Source: Escherichia phage EAWsc9. From it: 64,000 nt of DNA. Positions 8,487 to 17,181 of this stretch are shown piece by piece. The notes under the pieces were generated by a model that made no database searches, was not told the origin of the DNA, and saw nothing but the letters and a program-made list of their open reading frames with translations. The position numbers and the translations under genes are program-made. Location: the sequence record PQ341120.1; one strand, given 5' to 3'. Every line of letters begins with the position of its first letter. Position 1 is the stretch's first letter.

Positions 8487-10169
8487 TTATTCCATAACAG
8501 TGAATCGACCAACTTTTTTCATCTGGAGATGTTGTCCGTATGCTTCCGGGTCATGGTCTCGGTGACTGATGATAAAGATGTTGGTGTCTTCCAATTTGTT
8601 CAGGATGGTAGCAATTGCTTTAACACCCTCTACATCTGTGGCCGAGTCAAAAACTTCATCCAGAATCAATGTGTTAATATTAACACCAGATACTTTCGCA
8701 GCAATATCGCGCCATGTAAACAGCAATGCAATATCTATACGAGCTTTTTCGCCCTGGCTAAATGATGCATAACTAAAGTCTTCACGTCCACGAGATTTAA
8801 TCGTTTCGTTGAACTCTTCATCTAACGTAAAGCTATAATCAGCTTCCATAACTTTAAGATAAGCATTTATCTGCTTATTAAAGATAGGAATATATTTCTT
8901 AATAATCGCGCCCTTGATACCAGAATCTTTCAACATATCCGTTAGGATACCACGTTGATATTTTTCCATCACAAGGTCGGATTTTTGTTTGACTATTTTA
9001 TCAAGCTGGTCTTGAAGCATTTTAATGTCTGCTGCATGGTCAATAAATTCCGACTTAGCTTGCTCGATTAATGCTTTAACCTTTTTAGCTTTTTCGACAG
9101 TCTGGACTAAGGTTTGTTTCTTAGTTTGAATGTCTTGAGCTATTGTACGCTGGTTTTGTCTTGCCTTGGTATACGCATCAAATTGCTCTTGAACAGCATT
9201 CTGGCGAGCTTTATGCTTATCAGCTGATGCATTACATTCTTCAATCTTTGACTCAATCCTGGCGACAATAGGGTCTCCTGGATGTAACTGACTGGCACAA
9301 GTCTGACAACAACCGCCCTTCTCGTACAGACCAACAACCTTTCGGTAATCGTCAATCTTCGATTTAATCAGGAATGATTCCTGCTTTAACTTTGTGAGTT
9401 CGTGCTCGGGGTCTTCTCCCAAAATTATCTCGGTCAGTCTTGTTGTTGCTTCTTCGATAGTTGCCTTGATTCCACGTGCTTCTGTAGCAAGTTCATCATA
9501 CATCGTTTGCAGTCGCAACAGATTATCACCTGACAATTTTCTTTGACGGTCTTCGTTGTCCTGATAGATTTTAATCTGTTGAACGATACCATCATGCTGC
9601 ACATCCATTACCTGGATTTGGCTATTGACTTCGCGGATAAGAGATTTGTTCAGCTTATCCATATCGGCCAGTACAGAAACCTCTAAAAGGTCTTCGACAA
9701 GCTTTCTTCTGGCAGGAGTGGATAGGCCCATAAAAGGGGTATATCCAGCTGTGCCGAGTACGACAATTTGTTTGAAACTGGCGTATGACATTCCGATAAG
9801 CTGTTCAAATTCCGCTTGGAAGTCTTTACTGCTGGCAGATTCATCAAGACGTTTACCGCCACAAGAGATTTCAAAAACATTGGGTTTTTGCCCGCGTTTG
9901 ATATAGTATTCTTTTCCATCATATTCCATCCACAATTCAACGAGCATATCTTTTTTGTTGCTCGAGTTAATCAACTGGCCTTTCTTTACATCACGGAAAG
10001 GCTTACCGAACATAGCAAAGGTAACCGCTTCAAGGAACGTAGATTTACCCGCGCCATTCTTGCCGGTGACCAGAGTTTTCTGGACTTTATCCAGTTCAAC
10101 AGTAATCGGTTTAGCACCAACCGACATAATATTTTTATAGATAACTTTCTTAAGCTTAAACGTTTTCAT
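8487..10169 (-). CDS. 46: Recombination nuclease subunit gp46 (Rad50/SbcC-like ATPase)
   Basis: 560 aa (same as T4 gp46); Walker A GKNGAGKST, central coiled coil with CxxC hook, C-terminal signature/Walker B LILDEVFD. Confidence 0.95.
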   Translation of the reverse strand: MKTFKLKKVIYKNIMSVGAKPITVELDKVQKTLVTGKNGAGKSTFLEAVTFAMFGKPFRDVKKGQLINSSNKKDMLVELWMEYDGKEYYIKRGQKPNVFEISCGGKRLDESASSKDFQAEFEQLIGMSYASFKQIVVLGTAGYTPFMGLSTPARRKLVEDLLEVSVLADMDKLNKSLIREVNSQIQVMDVQHDGIVQQIKIYQDNEDRQRKLSGDNLLRLQTMYDELATEARGIKATIEEATTRLTEIILGEDPEHELTKLKQESFLIKSKIDDYRKVVGLYEKGGCCQTCASQLHPGDPIVARIESKIEECNASADKHKARQNAVQEQFDAYTKARQNQRTIAQDIQTKKQTLVQTVEKAKKVKALIEQAKSEFIDHAADIKMLQDQLDKIVKQKSDLVMEKYQRGILTDMLKDSGIKGAIIKKYIPIFNKQINAYLKVMEADYSFTLDEEFNETIKSRGREDFSYASFSQGEKARIDIALLFTWRDIAAKVSGVNINTLILDEVFDSATDVEGVKAIATILNKLEDTNIFIISHRDHDPEAYGQHLQMKKVGRFTVME

Positions 10170-10390
10170 GTATTGTTCTCACGAATTGTTTGTTCAGCAT
10201 ATTCTAGCATTTCTTCGGAAGAAGCAAACACGTCGTCAAGTTCCATGGCCCATGAAACACCTTCAGAATATTCAGAAGTGACATACATAGTTCCGGTATA
10301 CCAAGAACCATCCACGTCCCATTCTACATTACCGAACCAGCCATCGCCAATATGAAAATCATGTTTATACATTTTCATCATTATAAGCAT
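10166..10390 (-). CDS. Hypothetical acidic small protein (46.x position)
   Basis: 74 aa ORF rich in D/E/W/Y, overlaps gene 46 start by 4 nt. Confidence 0.5.
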   Translation of the reverse strand: MLIMMKMYKHDFHIGDGWFGNVEWDVDGSWYTGTMYVTSEYSEGVSWAMELDDVFASSEEMLEYAEQTIRENNT

Positions 10391-10628
10391 CCTTGATGCA
10401 TGATTCAGCCATATGAATTAATGTTTCTGGAGTATCATCTACCATTACATTAAAGCTAAATTCCACAGCCCAATCGGTGACTACATAGACTTTGATAAGT
10501 TGACCGGTTTCCCGGTCAGTGATAGCTTCAAACCAATACTTAATAGTATTCGGTTGATTATCGTCGTCAACAACATCACATTCGCGGATATGCTCAAGTC
10601 CCGCTTCATTAAAATCATAAAGTCTCAC
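10365..10628 (-). CDS. Hypothetical acidic small protein (46.x position)
   Basis: 87 aa ORF between 47 and 46. Confidence 0.5.
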   Translation of the reverse strand: MRLYDFNEAGLEHIRECDVVDDDNQPNTIKYWFEAITDRETGQLIKVYVVTDWAVEFSFNVMVDDTPETLIHMAESCIKDAYNDENV

Positions 10629-11644
10629 GGTTGCACCTCAAGATATAATTTGTTGGCCAATGCTTTAAGAGCTTTTGATTCTTTCTCATTGGTGTCAGGT
10701 AATGCATCAATATATTCTGCCATCATATCAGTTAAGCGTTTTATGTCTAACTCTTCTTCGGAGTCAGTCGTATCAACACTGTTATCAACCTTATTGACAA
10801 CACGCAATTCATGTACACGCTTTTCTAATTCAGATTCGAACTTGGTCAGGTCTTTATCGACTTTTTCTACAATAACACGGACTGATAAGTCTTTGAAGTC
10901 GTCGTAGTTAATAGTTTCGTTTGGATAAAAAATCTTCCGATGCCAGGTGGTTTCATTCGGAATAAATTTCATCTCTTCGGTTTCTGTATCAAATTCCCAG
11001 AATCCGCGCGGGTCATTCTCATCACCTGCTGTTAATGTCCATGGTGTCCCTATGTACTTAACGTTCGCAGCTTCCGAAATGGTATGGAAGTGCCCAGACC
11101 AAACTTGCTTGTACTTCTTAAGGAAATCGGGCTCAAGTCCGTGGGATTTCAATCCTTTATAGAAATAAAACCCGGTTAATTCCCAGTGACCGATGCAATA
11201 TTCGGCACCAGAAGTTTTGATGTGTTGATGAATGTCAGTCGCGTTCTCGTCACACATCCATGGAATCATATCAATCTGACAACCGTCAAAATCAACAGTC
11301 GTTGGCTTGTCGTAGATTTTAACATGGTCATACTTATTCAGGAGTTCAGTGATAGCATTAGGATGAATCTTATTCTTCAGATTCATGTCATGGTTCCCGA
11401 CTATCGTGTGCATAGTAATTCCTGCTTCACGAAGGAGTTCCATAATCTCGCGGCTGAATTCCATTGTCTTATGCGTTACGGCCTTACGGACGTCAAAAAT
11501 ATCACCATATTGAATCCAGACTTTAATTCCATTCGCTTTGGAATATGCAATCGCCTGTAAAATACCATCACGTTGAATGTTTTGAGCCCATGGGTCGTCA
11601 GCTTTGACACCTAAGTGCCAATCACCTAAATTTAAAATTTTCAT
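10625..11644 (-). CDS. 47: Recombination nuclease subunit gp47 (Mre11/SbcD-like phosphoesterase)
   Basis: Start set to internal ATG giving MKILNLGDWHLG... (339 aa, as T4 gp47); metallophosphatase motifs GDWH, GDIFD, GNHD. Confidence 0.93.
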   Translation of the reverse strand: MKILNLGDWHLGVKADDPWAQNIQRDGILQAIAYSKANGIKVWIQYGDIFDVRKAVTHKTMEFSREIMELLREAGITMHTIVGNHDMNLKNKIHPNAITELLNKYDHVKIYDKPTTVDFDGCQIDMIPWMCDENATDIHQHIKTSGAEYCIGHWELTGFYFYKGLKSHGLEPDFLKKYKQVWSGHFHTISEAANVKYIGTPWTLTAGDENDPRGFWEFDTETEEMKFIPNETTWHRKIFYPNETINYDDFKDLSVRVIVEKVDKDLTKFESELEKRVHELRVVNKVDNSVDTTDSEEELDIKRLTDMMAEYIDALPDTNEKESKALKALANKLYLEVQP

Positions 11645-11826
11645 AAGCCAAGCGCCGTTATCGCAATGCAAAATAAAATTATTGAAATGAACCCGTCAGG
11701 AGTAGAAAAGAATCCTATCCAACAAGCTCGTGTGAATGTGTAGAATGCCATGAATAACACGACATATCCTAAAAATAATACCATATACTCTCCTCAGTTG
11801 GTTCATTTTATCATCCCGAATATAAA

Positions 11827-11852
11827 GCAAAAAAGGAAGCACTAGGCTTCCT
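11827..11852 (-). terminator. Rho-independent terminator-like hairpin
   Basis: Minus strand aggaagcCTAGTgcttcct followed by tttttt. Confidence 0.45.
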
Positions 11853-12015
11853 TTCCAATTAATACACCATACAGAGGTTCATGAGAAGACCTGAACTTGA
11901 TAGGCTTATAGGTAATAGTACCTTCATTTTCTGCTTTAATACGAGCGGCTTCAAATTGAAGTATCATCTCGTTTTTGTCAGATTTAATCTTATCAAAATC
12001 CGTCGAATTCGTCAT
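11842..12015 (-). CDS. Hypothetical 57 aa protein (below ORF-track size cut-off)
   Basis: Hand translation MTNSTDFDKIKSDKNEMILQFEAARIKAENEGTITYKPIKFRSSHEPLYGVLIGKEA; AAGAGG 8 nt upstream of ATG. Confidence 0.3.
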   Translation of the reverse strand: MTNSTDFDKIKSDKNEMILQFEAARIKAENEGTITYKPIKFRSSHEPLYGVLIGKEA

Positions 12016-12170
12016 TCATATGACCTCTTAAAAATCAGGATGTTCGTCTTGAAATATATTACCCAATCGTTTTAATTCGTCGGAAGTAAGAATATCTACA
12101 TCATCAATAGTCATAATACACCTCTTAAACTTTTTCGTATTCGTCTTTCATTAGCCACCTGTCCATGTTA

Positions 12171-12371
12171 TCATCGCTGCCACCACTTCTTAAGTTGATG
12201 TGAATCTACCCAAACCTTGGCTACAGGCTCAATCCGAAAAATTTCATCGGAATACTGCCCAACCATTTTATATTCGGTTTCAGTCTGCTTGATACAGATA
12301 TTACCATATGAGCGAAGTCTGAAAGCGGCTCCGACAAGAAGCCGTTTAAAAGGTTTATTTACTAATGCCAT
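12171..12371 (-). CDS. Hypothetical small protein
   Basis: 66 aa ORF in the 47-55 interval. Confidence 0.4.
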   Translation of the reverse strand: MALVNKPFKRLLVGAAFRLRSYGNICIKQTETEYKMVGQYSDEIFRIEPVAKVWVDSHQLKKWWQR

Positions 12372-12666
12372 TTACGATTTCCCAAATTTGTTTGCGAGTA
12401 GTTTCCCACATCAACTTAATCAGGTCTTCCGTAACTGGTTGGCGGTAAATTCCACGCAGTTTAACTAAAGCATATTTGTATGCTTCAAAATTGTTTTCCA
12501 GCACTGCCCCTTGAGCATGCTTATTCAGTCGTGCAATTTCACGAGCATTCTTTTTCAGAATCTTTGCCGCTTGACTCTGTGCTTCGAGTGCGTTCGCTTC
12601 TTCGAGACGTTCCTGTGCTTCTTCAATCTGCTTATCGGTCAGTTGAGAAATATCTGGAGCTTGCAT
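12355..12666 (-). CDS. Hypothetical coiled-coil protein
   Basis: 103 aa ORF, charged helical sequence. Confidence 0.5.
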   Translation of the reverse strand: MQAPDISQLTDKQIEEAQERLEEANALEAQSQAAKILKKNAREIARLNKHAQGAVLENNFEAYKYALVKLRGIYRQPVTEDLIKLMWETTRKQIWEIVNGISK

Positions 12667-12667
12667 A

Positions 12668-12919
12668 TTAATCCTTGGGAGTTAACTCAATTGTAAAATA
12701 TAGATTAGCATTATCCACATGATAACGGTAATCAACGTTATTATCCGGCGAAGTAAATTCCAGATTCCGGACGTTTAAAGGGTCGATATCAATTGGAAGA
12801 CCTTTTATGTCTCGCAGATAAAGTTTAATGAAATATGGGAGCGCAGTAAAGTCTTCCTCGATTTTATCTAAAAAATCGGTAATATCAAATTGATGTTCCA
12901 TATAAAAAATCCAAATCAC
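12668..12919 (-). CDS. Hypothetical small protein
   Basis: 83 aa ORF immediately downstream of 55. Confidence 0.45.
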   Translation of the reverse strand: MIWIFYMEHQFDITDFLDKIEEDFTALPYFIKLYLRDIKGLPIDIDPLNVRNLEFTSPDNNVDYRYHVDNANLYFTIELTPKD

Positions 12920-13442
12920 CTTCTTTATCTTTGGCGCTCTTATCAGACCCTGGCGCTTTAACTAAAGAGGATTCGTACTGTGTCATTTTGTCATAGATGT
13001 CCTGGATAAATGTTTCATCAGCCAGAGCCACCATATCGTCGTCTCGTGAATCATACACGTTATGAACGAAGTAGCTATATTTCTTTGCCATTTCTTTACG
13101 TTCTTTTTTGATACGCTGAACGAAAGCATTGAAGCAAGCCATTGTTATGTAAGCATGTGGATTATCGTATTTTGTTTCGTCGAAGTTATGAAGACCTTTT
13201 ATTGCGGCCTCAATTCCGTCTGCAATCATTTCTTGCTTCCAGGATTGGGTATATCCGGAGAAGTTGAAACGTTTGCTAAGACCTTCGGCTATAAGCATAA
13301 TTGCCAGACCAATAACATCGTTCTGGCGAATAATTTTATTCGGGTCGGTGTTCGCATTCAGCTTCTGTTTCCACTCCGAAATAGCTTTCAGAAGCTCTTT
13401 ATTATTTACATAGTTATTCTTGGTTAATTTAATTTCGTTCAT
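12885..13442 (-). CDS. 55: Late-transcription sigma factor gp55
   Basis: 185 aa (as T4 gp55); [25 protein letters not shown]... matches T4 gp55 N-terminus. Confidence 0.93.
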   Translation of the reverse strand: MNEIKLTKNNYVNNKELLKAISEWKQKLNANTDPNKIIRQNDVIGLAIMLIAEGLSKRFNFSGYTQSWKQEMIADGIEAAIKGLHNFDETKYDNPHAYITMACFNAFVQRIKKERKEMAKKYSYFVHNVYDSRDDDMVALADETFIQDIYDKMTQYESSLVKAPGSDKSAKDKEGDLDFLYGTSI

Positions 13443-13490
13443 ATCGCCTCGCTTAGTATATGAATATTATATCATCCTTAATACAAAGCA

Positions 13491-13757
13491 TTAGCGAAGT
13501 AAACAGTAAGCCTGAAAGACCTTCTCCATAATTGCCTTAAATTCATGAATGTCAATATAAGGAATAACCTCGGCATCACTAATGAATTCCATCAGGCGGT
13601 CATGTTCGTTGCGGTATTGCCCTTCATTCAGCATACTGATATGGGACTCCCAAGAGCCATACCCTTCTGCGTGCGGGAAGAATGTTATTTTCATAAATTC
13701 ATCCACCCAAAACGTTCCCAGGTCCTGGACGGATATCATTGTATGATTGATGTGCAT
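13491..13757 (-). CDS. Hypothetical protein
   Basis: 88 aa ORF, ATG start verified. Confidence 0.5.
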   Translation of the reverse strand: MHINHTMISVQDLGTFWVDEFMKITFFPHAEGYGSWESHISMLNEGQYRNEHDRLMEFISDAEVIPYIDIHEFKAIMEKVFQAYCLLR

Positions 13758-14023
13758 CAGTACACCATCTGAGCAGCTTCTAAAACATCGTCAAGCTTAT
13801 CAAACTGGTCAACATAATCAATCCCACCTACTTCATCTTTGGCATACAACCAATACTGATGGAATTCATATTCAATAATAAAGTGGTCACCTTCAATCTG
13901 GAGAACACCAACATCATTAAATTGAACTGCATAACCCGCCAGACGTACATCATTCAGGAGTTCTTCTTTCATAGTAATCATTTCCAGGTTTTTCTCATAA
14001 TGAGAGAGTTTAATTTTAATCAT
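13757..14023 (-). CDS. Hypothetical protein
   Basis: 88 aa ORF, contiguous packing. Confidence 0.5.
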   Translation of the reverse strand: MIKIKLSHYEKNLEMITMKEELLNDVRLAGYAVQFNDVGVLQIEGDHFIIEYEFHQYWLYAKDEVGGIDYVDQFDKLDDVLEAAQMVY

Positions 14024-14264
14024 TTAAGTAGTCCAGGAATTCGTCTAATGTCATGCCTTCCGCCCAAGCTATTTTAGGGTCAGGCATTTTCATATAAGTG
14101 GTCTTAGAGCTTATAGGAAGTATCCTGAAATCATAATGACTTCCACGTAGCCTCTTAGCCTCTTTTATAATAGTTTCACTATTAACCATCATAGATGTAC
14201 GTTGGAAACCAGATAAAGCTTTAAGGACGATTATGACTGATACACCTTCTGGTAAATTATTCAT
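14016..14264 (-). CDS. Hypothetical protein
   Basis: 82 aa ORF. Confidence 0.5.
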   Translation of the reverse strand: MNNLPEGVSVIIVLKALSGFQRTSMMVNSETIIKEAKRLRGSHYDFRILPISSKTTYMKMPDPKIAWAEGMTLDEFLDYLND

Positions 14265-14587
14265 TTCGCACCCTTAACAATTTTCAGGTCAACAAAACCT
14301 TTCTTGCGCTGGGACTTCATACGCTTGATAGCTTTATCAGAAACTTCTTTGTTTTCGCGCAGAAGCGGCAGACCAAACGCTACTACATCAAATTCGTTCA
14401 GGATATACTGGACAAGGCTTTCACGAATACGCGCTTTACCCATTGTCTGACCTTCTGCAATAATCAGTTTCTGTACATCGCCTTCCCACTGGTCCAGAAT
14501 CTCAGGGGTAACAAAACCAGATTTCATCAGAGTGTTAACTTTAGCAAATGCGAAATTAGCGATGATGTTAGTGATAGATGCAGTCAT
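14261..14587 (-). CDS. Hypothetical protein
   Basis: 108 aa ORF. Confidence 0.5.
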   Translation of the reverse strand: MTASITNIIANFAFAKVNTLMKSGFVTPEILDQWEGDVQKLIIAEGQTMGKARIRESLVQYILNEFDVVAFGLPLLRENKEVSDKAIKRMKSQRKKGFVDLKIVKGAK

Positions 14588-14659
14588 GATATATTCCTCA
14601 GTCTCATTAAATTAAAATTTTATTATCCTGGGGCCATTATACCATGACCCCGTTGATTT

Positions 14660-14857
14660 TTATTGCGCTTTAGCCGCTTTCCAGCCTTCATACATCATTG
14701 CGGCTGATATCAATATTGCTCCTGAGCAACTTGAATATTTGTGATTCCAAAACCAGTTCAGAAAAACTTCGTCATCAATACCTTGAGCTATCATATTTTC
14801 AAAGAACTGACGACGAGATTCAGCAATTCGCTGTGATAATTTAGATTCAGGATTCAT
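14660..14857 (-). CDS. Hypothetical small protein
   Basis: 65 aa ORF. Confidence 0.4.
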   Translation of the reverse strand: MNPESKLSQRIAESRRQFFENMIAQGIDDEVFLNWFWNHKYSSCSGAILISAAMMYEGWKAAKAQ

Positions 14858-14996
14858 TTAAATTTTCCAGTTACCGTTTTCATCAATAAATTTAATCCAG
14901 TCATTTACTGACCACTTAGTTGTATCGCCTTTTGGAGCAGAATTTAAAGCGTATAATCCTTGTTTAAAAAGCATTCGTTTGATATTCATGTTTTCC

Positions 14997-15290
14997 TCAG
15001 CTGTAACGATAGCACTCGTTTGATTTACGTTTTGCAACAAGATGAGAAGTATTATAATCCAAATCATCCTCAACGTATACATCTTTTTTCAACTGACGAA
15101 CTTCTTTACGAAGCTGGCGATTCATTTCATTCTTAACTTCAGAATCAACACCACGCATACGCTTCCATTTGTCTGAACGGAAGATATTTTCTTCAACTTG
15201 TTCCTGACTTACACCATCAGGTGCCTGACGGCGTCCTGAATAATAAAAATCTTTTACAGACAATTCTTTGCGACGAATAGTTTTACCCAT
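14997..15290 (-). CDS. Hypothetical basic protein
   Basis: 97 aa ORF; preferred over overlapping 14858..15082 frame. Confidence 0.45.
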   Translation of the reverse strand: MGKTIRRKELSVKDFYYSGRRQAPDGVSQEQVEENIFRSDKWKRMRGVDSEVKNEMNRQLRKEVRQLKKDVYVEDDLDYNTSHLVAKRKSNECYRYS

Positions 15291-15292
15291 AG

Positions 15293-15547
15293 TTACCTCA
15301 GCAGTTTGTATCCAATAAGATTTTTAATGTACTGGATATCTTTGACATCCAAATCCAACTTAAGGTCTTTCAGACGGTCACCCAGGGTCAAAAAGGTTAC
15401 ATGTTTCCAATTCTTCACTGGGCAACAATAAGTCTTAGAACCATTTGCAATTTCAATATTCTTATCAGTGACGGTGATAAAAATCAGGCGCTCATCATCA
15501 AGATTAAGGGTGGCGACATTTTTCATTGAATGTAATTTCAGGCTCAT
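15293..15547 (-). CDS. Hypothetical protein
   Basis: 84 aa ORF; start overlaps stop of upstream small ORF (ATGA). Confidence 0.5.
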   Translation of the reverse strand: MSLKLHSMKNVATLNLDDERLIFITVTDKNIEIANGSKTYCCPVKNWKHVTFLTLGDRLKDLKLDLDVKDIQYIKNLIGYKLLR

Positions 15548-15720
15548 AATTTAATTTCCTTAGCTACTGAACAAAATACACCACGGTCACAAATCATTTT
15601 AATATTAAGGTCAATTATGGTATACCACACATCCAGACTAGATATTTCAGTTACTAGAACAGCTTTGCCGTTGATTGAATAATACTGGTTGACTTTAATT
15701 TCTTTATCTTGGATAGTCAT
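15544..15720 (-). CDS. Hypothetical 58 aa protein (below ORF-track size cut-off)
   Basis: Hand translation MTIQDKEIKVNQYYSINGKAVLVTEISSLDVWYTIIDLNIK...; sits directly behind an early promoter. Confidence 0.4.
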   Translation of the reverse strand: MTIQDKEIKVNQYYSINGKAVLVTEISSLDVWYTIIDLNIKMICDRGVFCSVAKEIKL

Positions 15721-15751
15721 TATGTTTTCCTCATCATTAGTTGATGGGATA

Positions 15752-15781
15752 ATGATACACCGTTCAAAGGGGCTTGTACAC
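15752..15781 (-). promoter_or_regulatory. Early sigma70-type promoter (GTGTAC-18-TATCAT) overlapping a hairpin
   Basis: Minus strand aaaaggggtGTGTACaagccccttt...TATCAT then conserved leader tcccatcaac. Confidence 0.4.
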
Positions 15782-15786
15782 CCCTT

Positions 15787-16104
15787 TTAATCTTCAATTA
15801 AGTCCTGGTCATACCCCAGGGATATCAGTTTTGTTTTAAAGGCAGGAATATTGGTCATTTTTTCATCATTGACAAAAATCACCGGGTAACGAATGTTAAG
15901 GGTAGGATATCCAGCACGCTTAGCCAGAGACACGATTAAAGGCCTGTCATAAGCGATTTCAGAGCCTTGTTTGTTAAGGACTGAATAGAATGTATAAGGA
16001 AGGTTTAAGGAGCCCAGAAGGCTCCTGACGTGCATACAACCAGGGCATCGACCGACTTCTTCGGGGATACCATAGATTTCAATCTTAGTCGAGTTTTGGC
16101 CCAC
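15787..16104 (-). CDS. nrdH: Glutaredoxin-like protein NrdH
   Basis: 105 aa with CPGC redox motif, adjacent to nrdG/nrdD; start codon appears to be GTG. Confidence 0.75.
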   Translation of the reverse strand: MGQNSTKIEIYGIPEEVGRCPGCMHVRSLLGSLNLPYTFYSVLNKQGSEIAYDRPLIVSLAKRAGYPTLNIRYPVIFVNDEKMTNIPAFKTKLISLGYDQDLIED

Positions 16105-16384
16105 AGGAAATCACTCCTTGGTAGTTCCAGGTTTTAATAACTTCTTCATCGCTGGTGGTTGCATACGGGACATAAACCTGAATAAGGAAACCTGTGTCAT
16201 CGAAAGAGAAATAAACCGTCGGTTTGATTCCATGAATCTCAGATAGAGCATAGATATCTTTAAGGTCTTCTTCTTTATCAGCAAAGAATTTCGGGTCCAG
16301 GTCACAGTCGTGGAAGTACCATTCATCACCGAACTTGTCCCACGCGGTCCAATTAGTAGCTACATATTCTTCAAAACGTTTCAT
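16085..16384 (-). CDS. Hypothetical protein
   Basis: 99 aa ORF. Confidence 0.5.
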   Translation of the reverse strand: MKRFEEYVATNWTAWDKFGDEWYFHDCDLDPKFFADKEEDLKDIYALSEIHGIKPTVYFSFDDTGFLIQVYVPYATTSDEEVIKTWNYQGVISCGPKLD

Positions 16385-16596
16385 TCTTTCACCTTCATCA
16401 TTTTAGTAATAACACTATGGACAGCCTGGATTCGTTTGTCGAACTCAGACCCTTCGAGGCCCTTTTCAGTACTCAGGGCACCAATCATCACAAACAGCAA
16501 TCCAAATGGGATAACCAGGATTAAAAGGCACACAATAAACAGGACAAATGTAATATTGGCCAGGATATCAGAAACAGCATTACGAAATTTATTCAT
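16381..16596 (-). CDS. Hypothetical small membrane protein
   Basis: ORF 16381..16620 trimmed to internal ATG; one long hydrophobic segment. Confidence 0.45.
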   Translation of the reverse strand: MNKFRNAVSDILANITFVLFIVCLLILVIPFGLLFVMIGALSTEKGLEGSEFDKRIQAVHSVITKMMKVKE

Positions 16597-16710
16597 ATTT
16601 ACCCTTAATTGATTAACCAAGCATTGATAAGCACTAAACTATACTGCGAATAAAATTCTGGACCAAAATGAAAAATCATATCATTTATAGTATCCATAAT
16701 ATAATTAAAT

Positions 16711-17181
16711 TTAATCATGTTTCCACACCCCATCGGTATTTGACCAAAGTCGCTGATTATCTGACCCTCGCCACAGTTTTTTGGTCGGAAGATTTTTCTC
16801 ATACTTCCCATCAATAATAACATCAACATATTTAAGCATTTCTAGTTGTTTAATATCTTCAAACTTATATCCTGTCCACATCCAAATGCTTTTATTTGGA
16901 TAAAGATTTTTAACAGTTTGAACCACAGAGTGAATAACATCTCGGTTATCAGGATAGAGAGGGTCTCCTCCAGTTATAGTTAATCCTTCTATATAATCAT
17001 TATTCAAACATTCAATTAATTGTTCTAGTGTTTCACCAGTGAATGGAACCCCATTTCTAGCATTCCATGTTGATTTATTATAACACCCTTCGCATTTATG
17101 CAAACAACCTGTGACGAAAAGAACGACCCTGCATCCAGGGCCATTAATAAAATCACAAGGATAAATTCTATCATAATTCAT
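16711..17181 (-). CDS. nrdG: Anaerobic ribonucleotide reductase activase NrdG (radical SAM)
   Basis: 156 aa; Cys cluster CRVVLFVTGCLHKCEGC; adjacent to nrdD. Confidence 0.92.
   Translation of the reverse strand: MNYDRIYPCDFINGPGCRVVLFVTGCLHKCEGCYNKSTWNARNGVPFTGETLEQLIECLNNDYIEGLTITGGDPLYPDNRDVIHSVVQTVKNLYPNKSIWMWTGYKFEDIKQLEMLKYVDVIIDGKYEKNLPTKKLWRGSDNQRLWSNTDGVWKHD

Noticed and set aside
9816-10355. 179 aa plus-strand ORF antisense to gene 46
   Set aside because: Fully overlapped by the gp46 coding sequence on the other strand; no RBS and no recognisable motifs.
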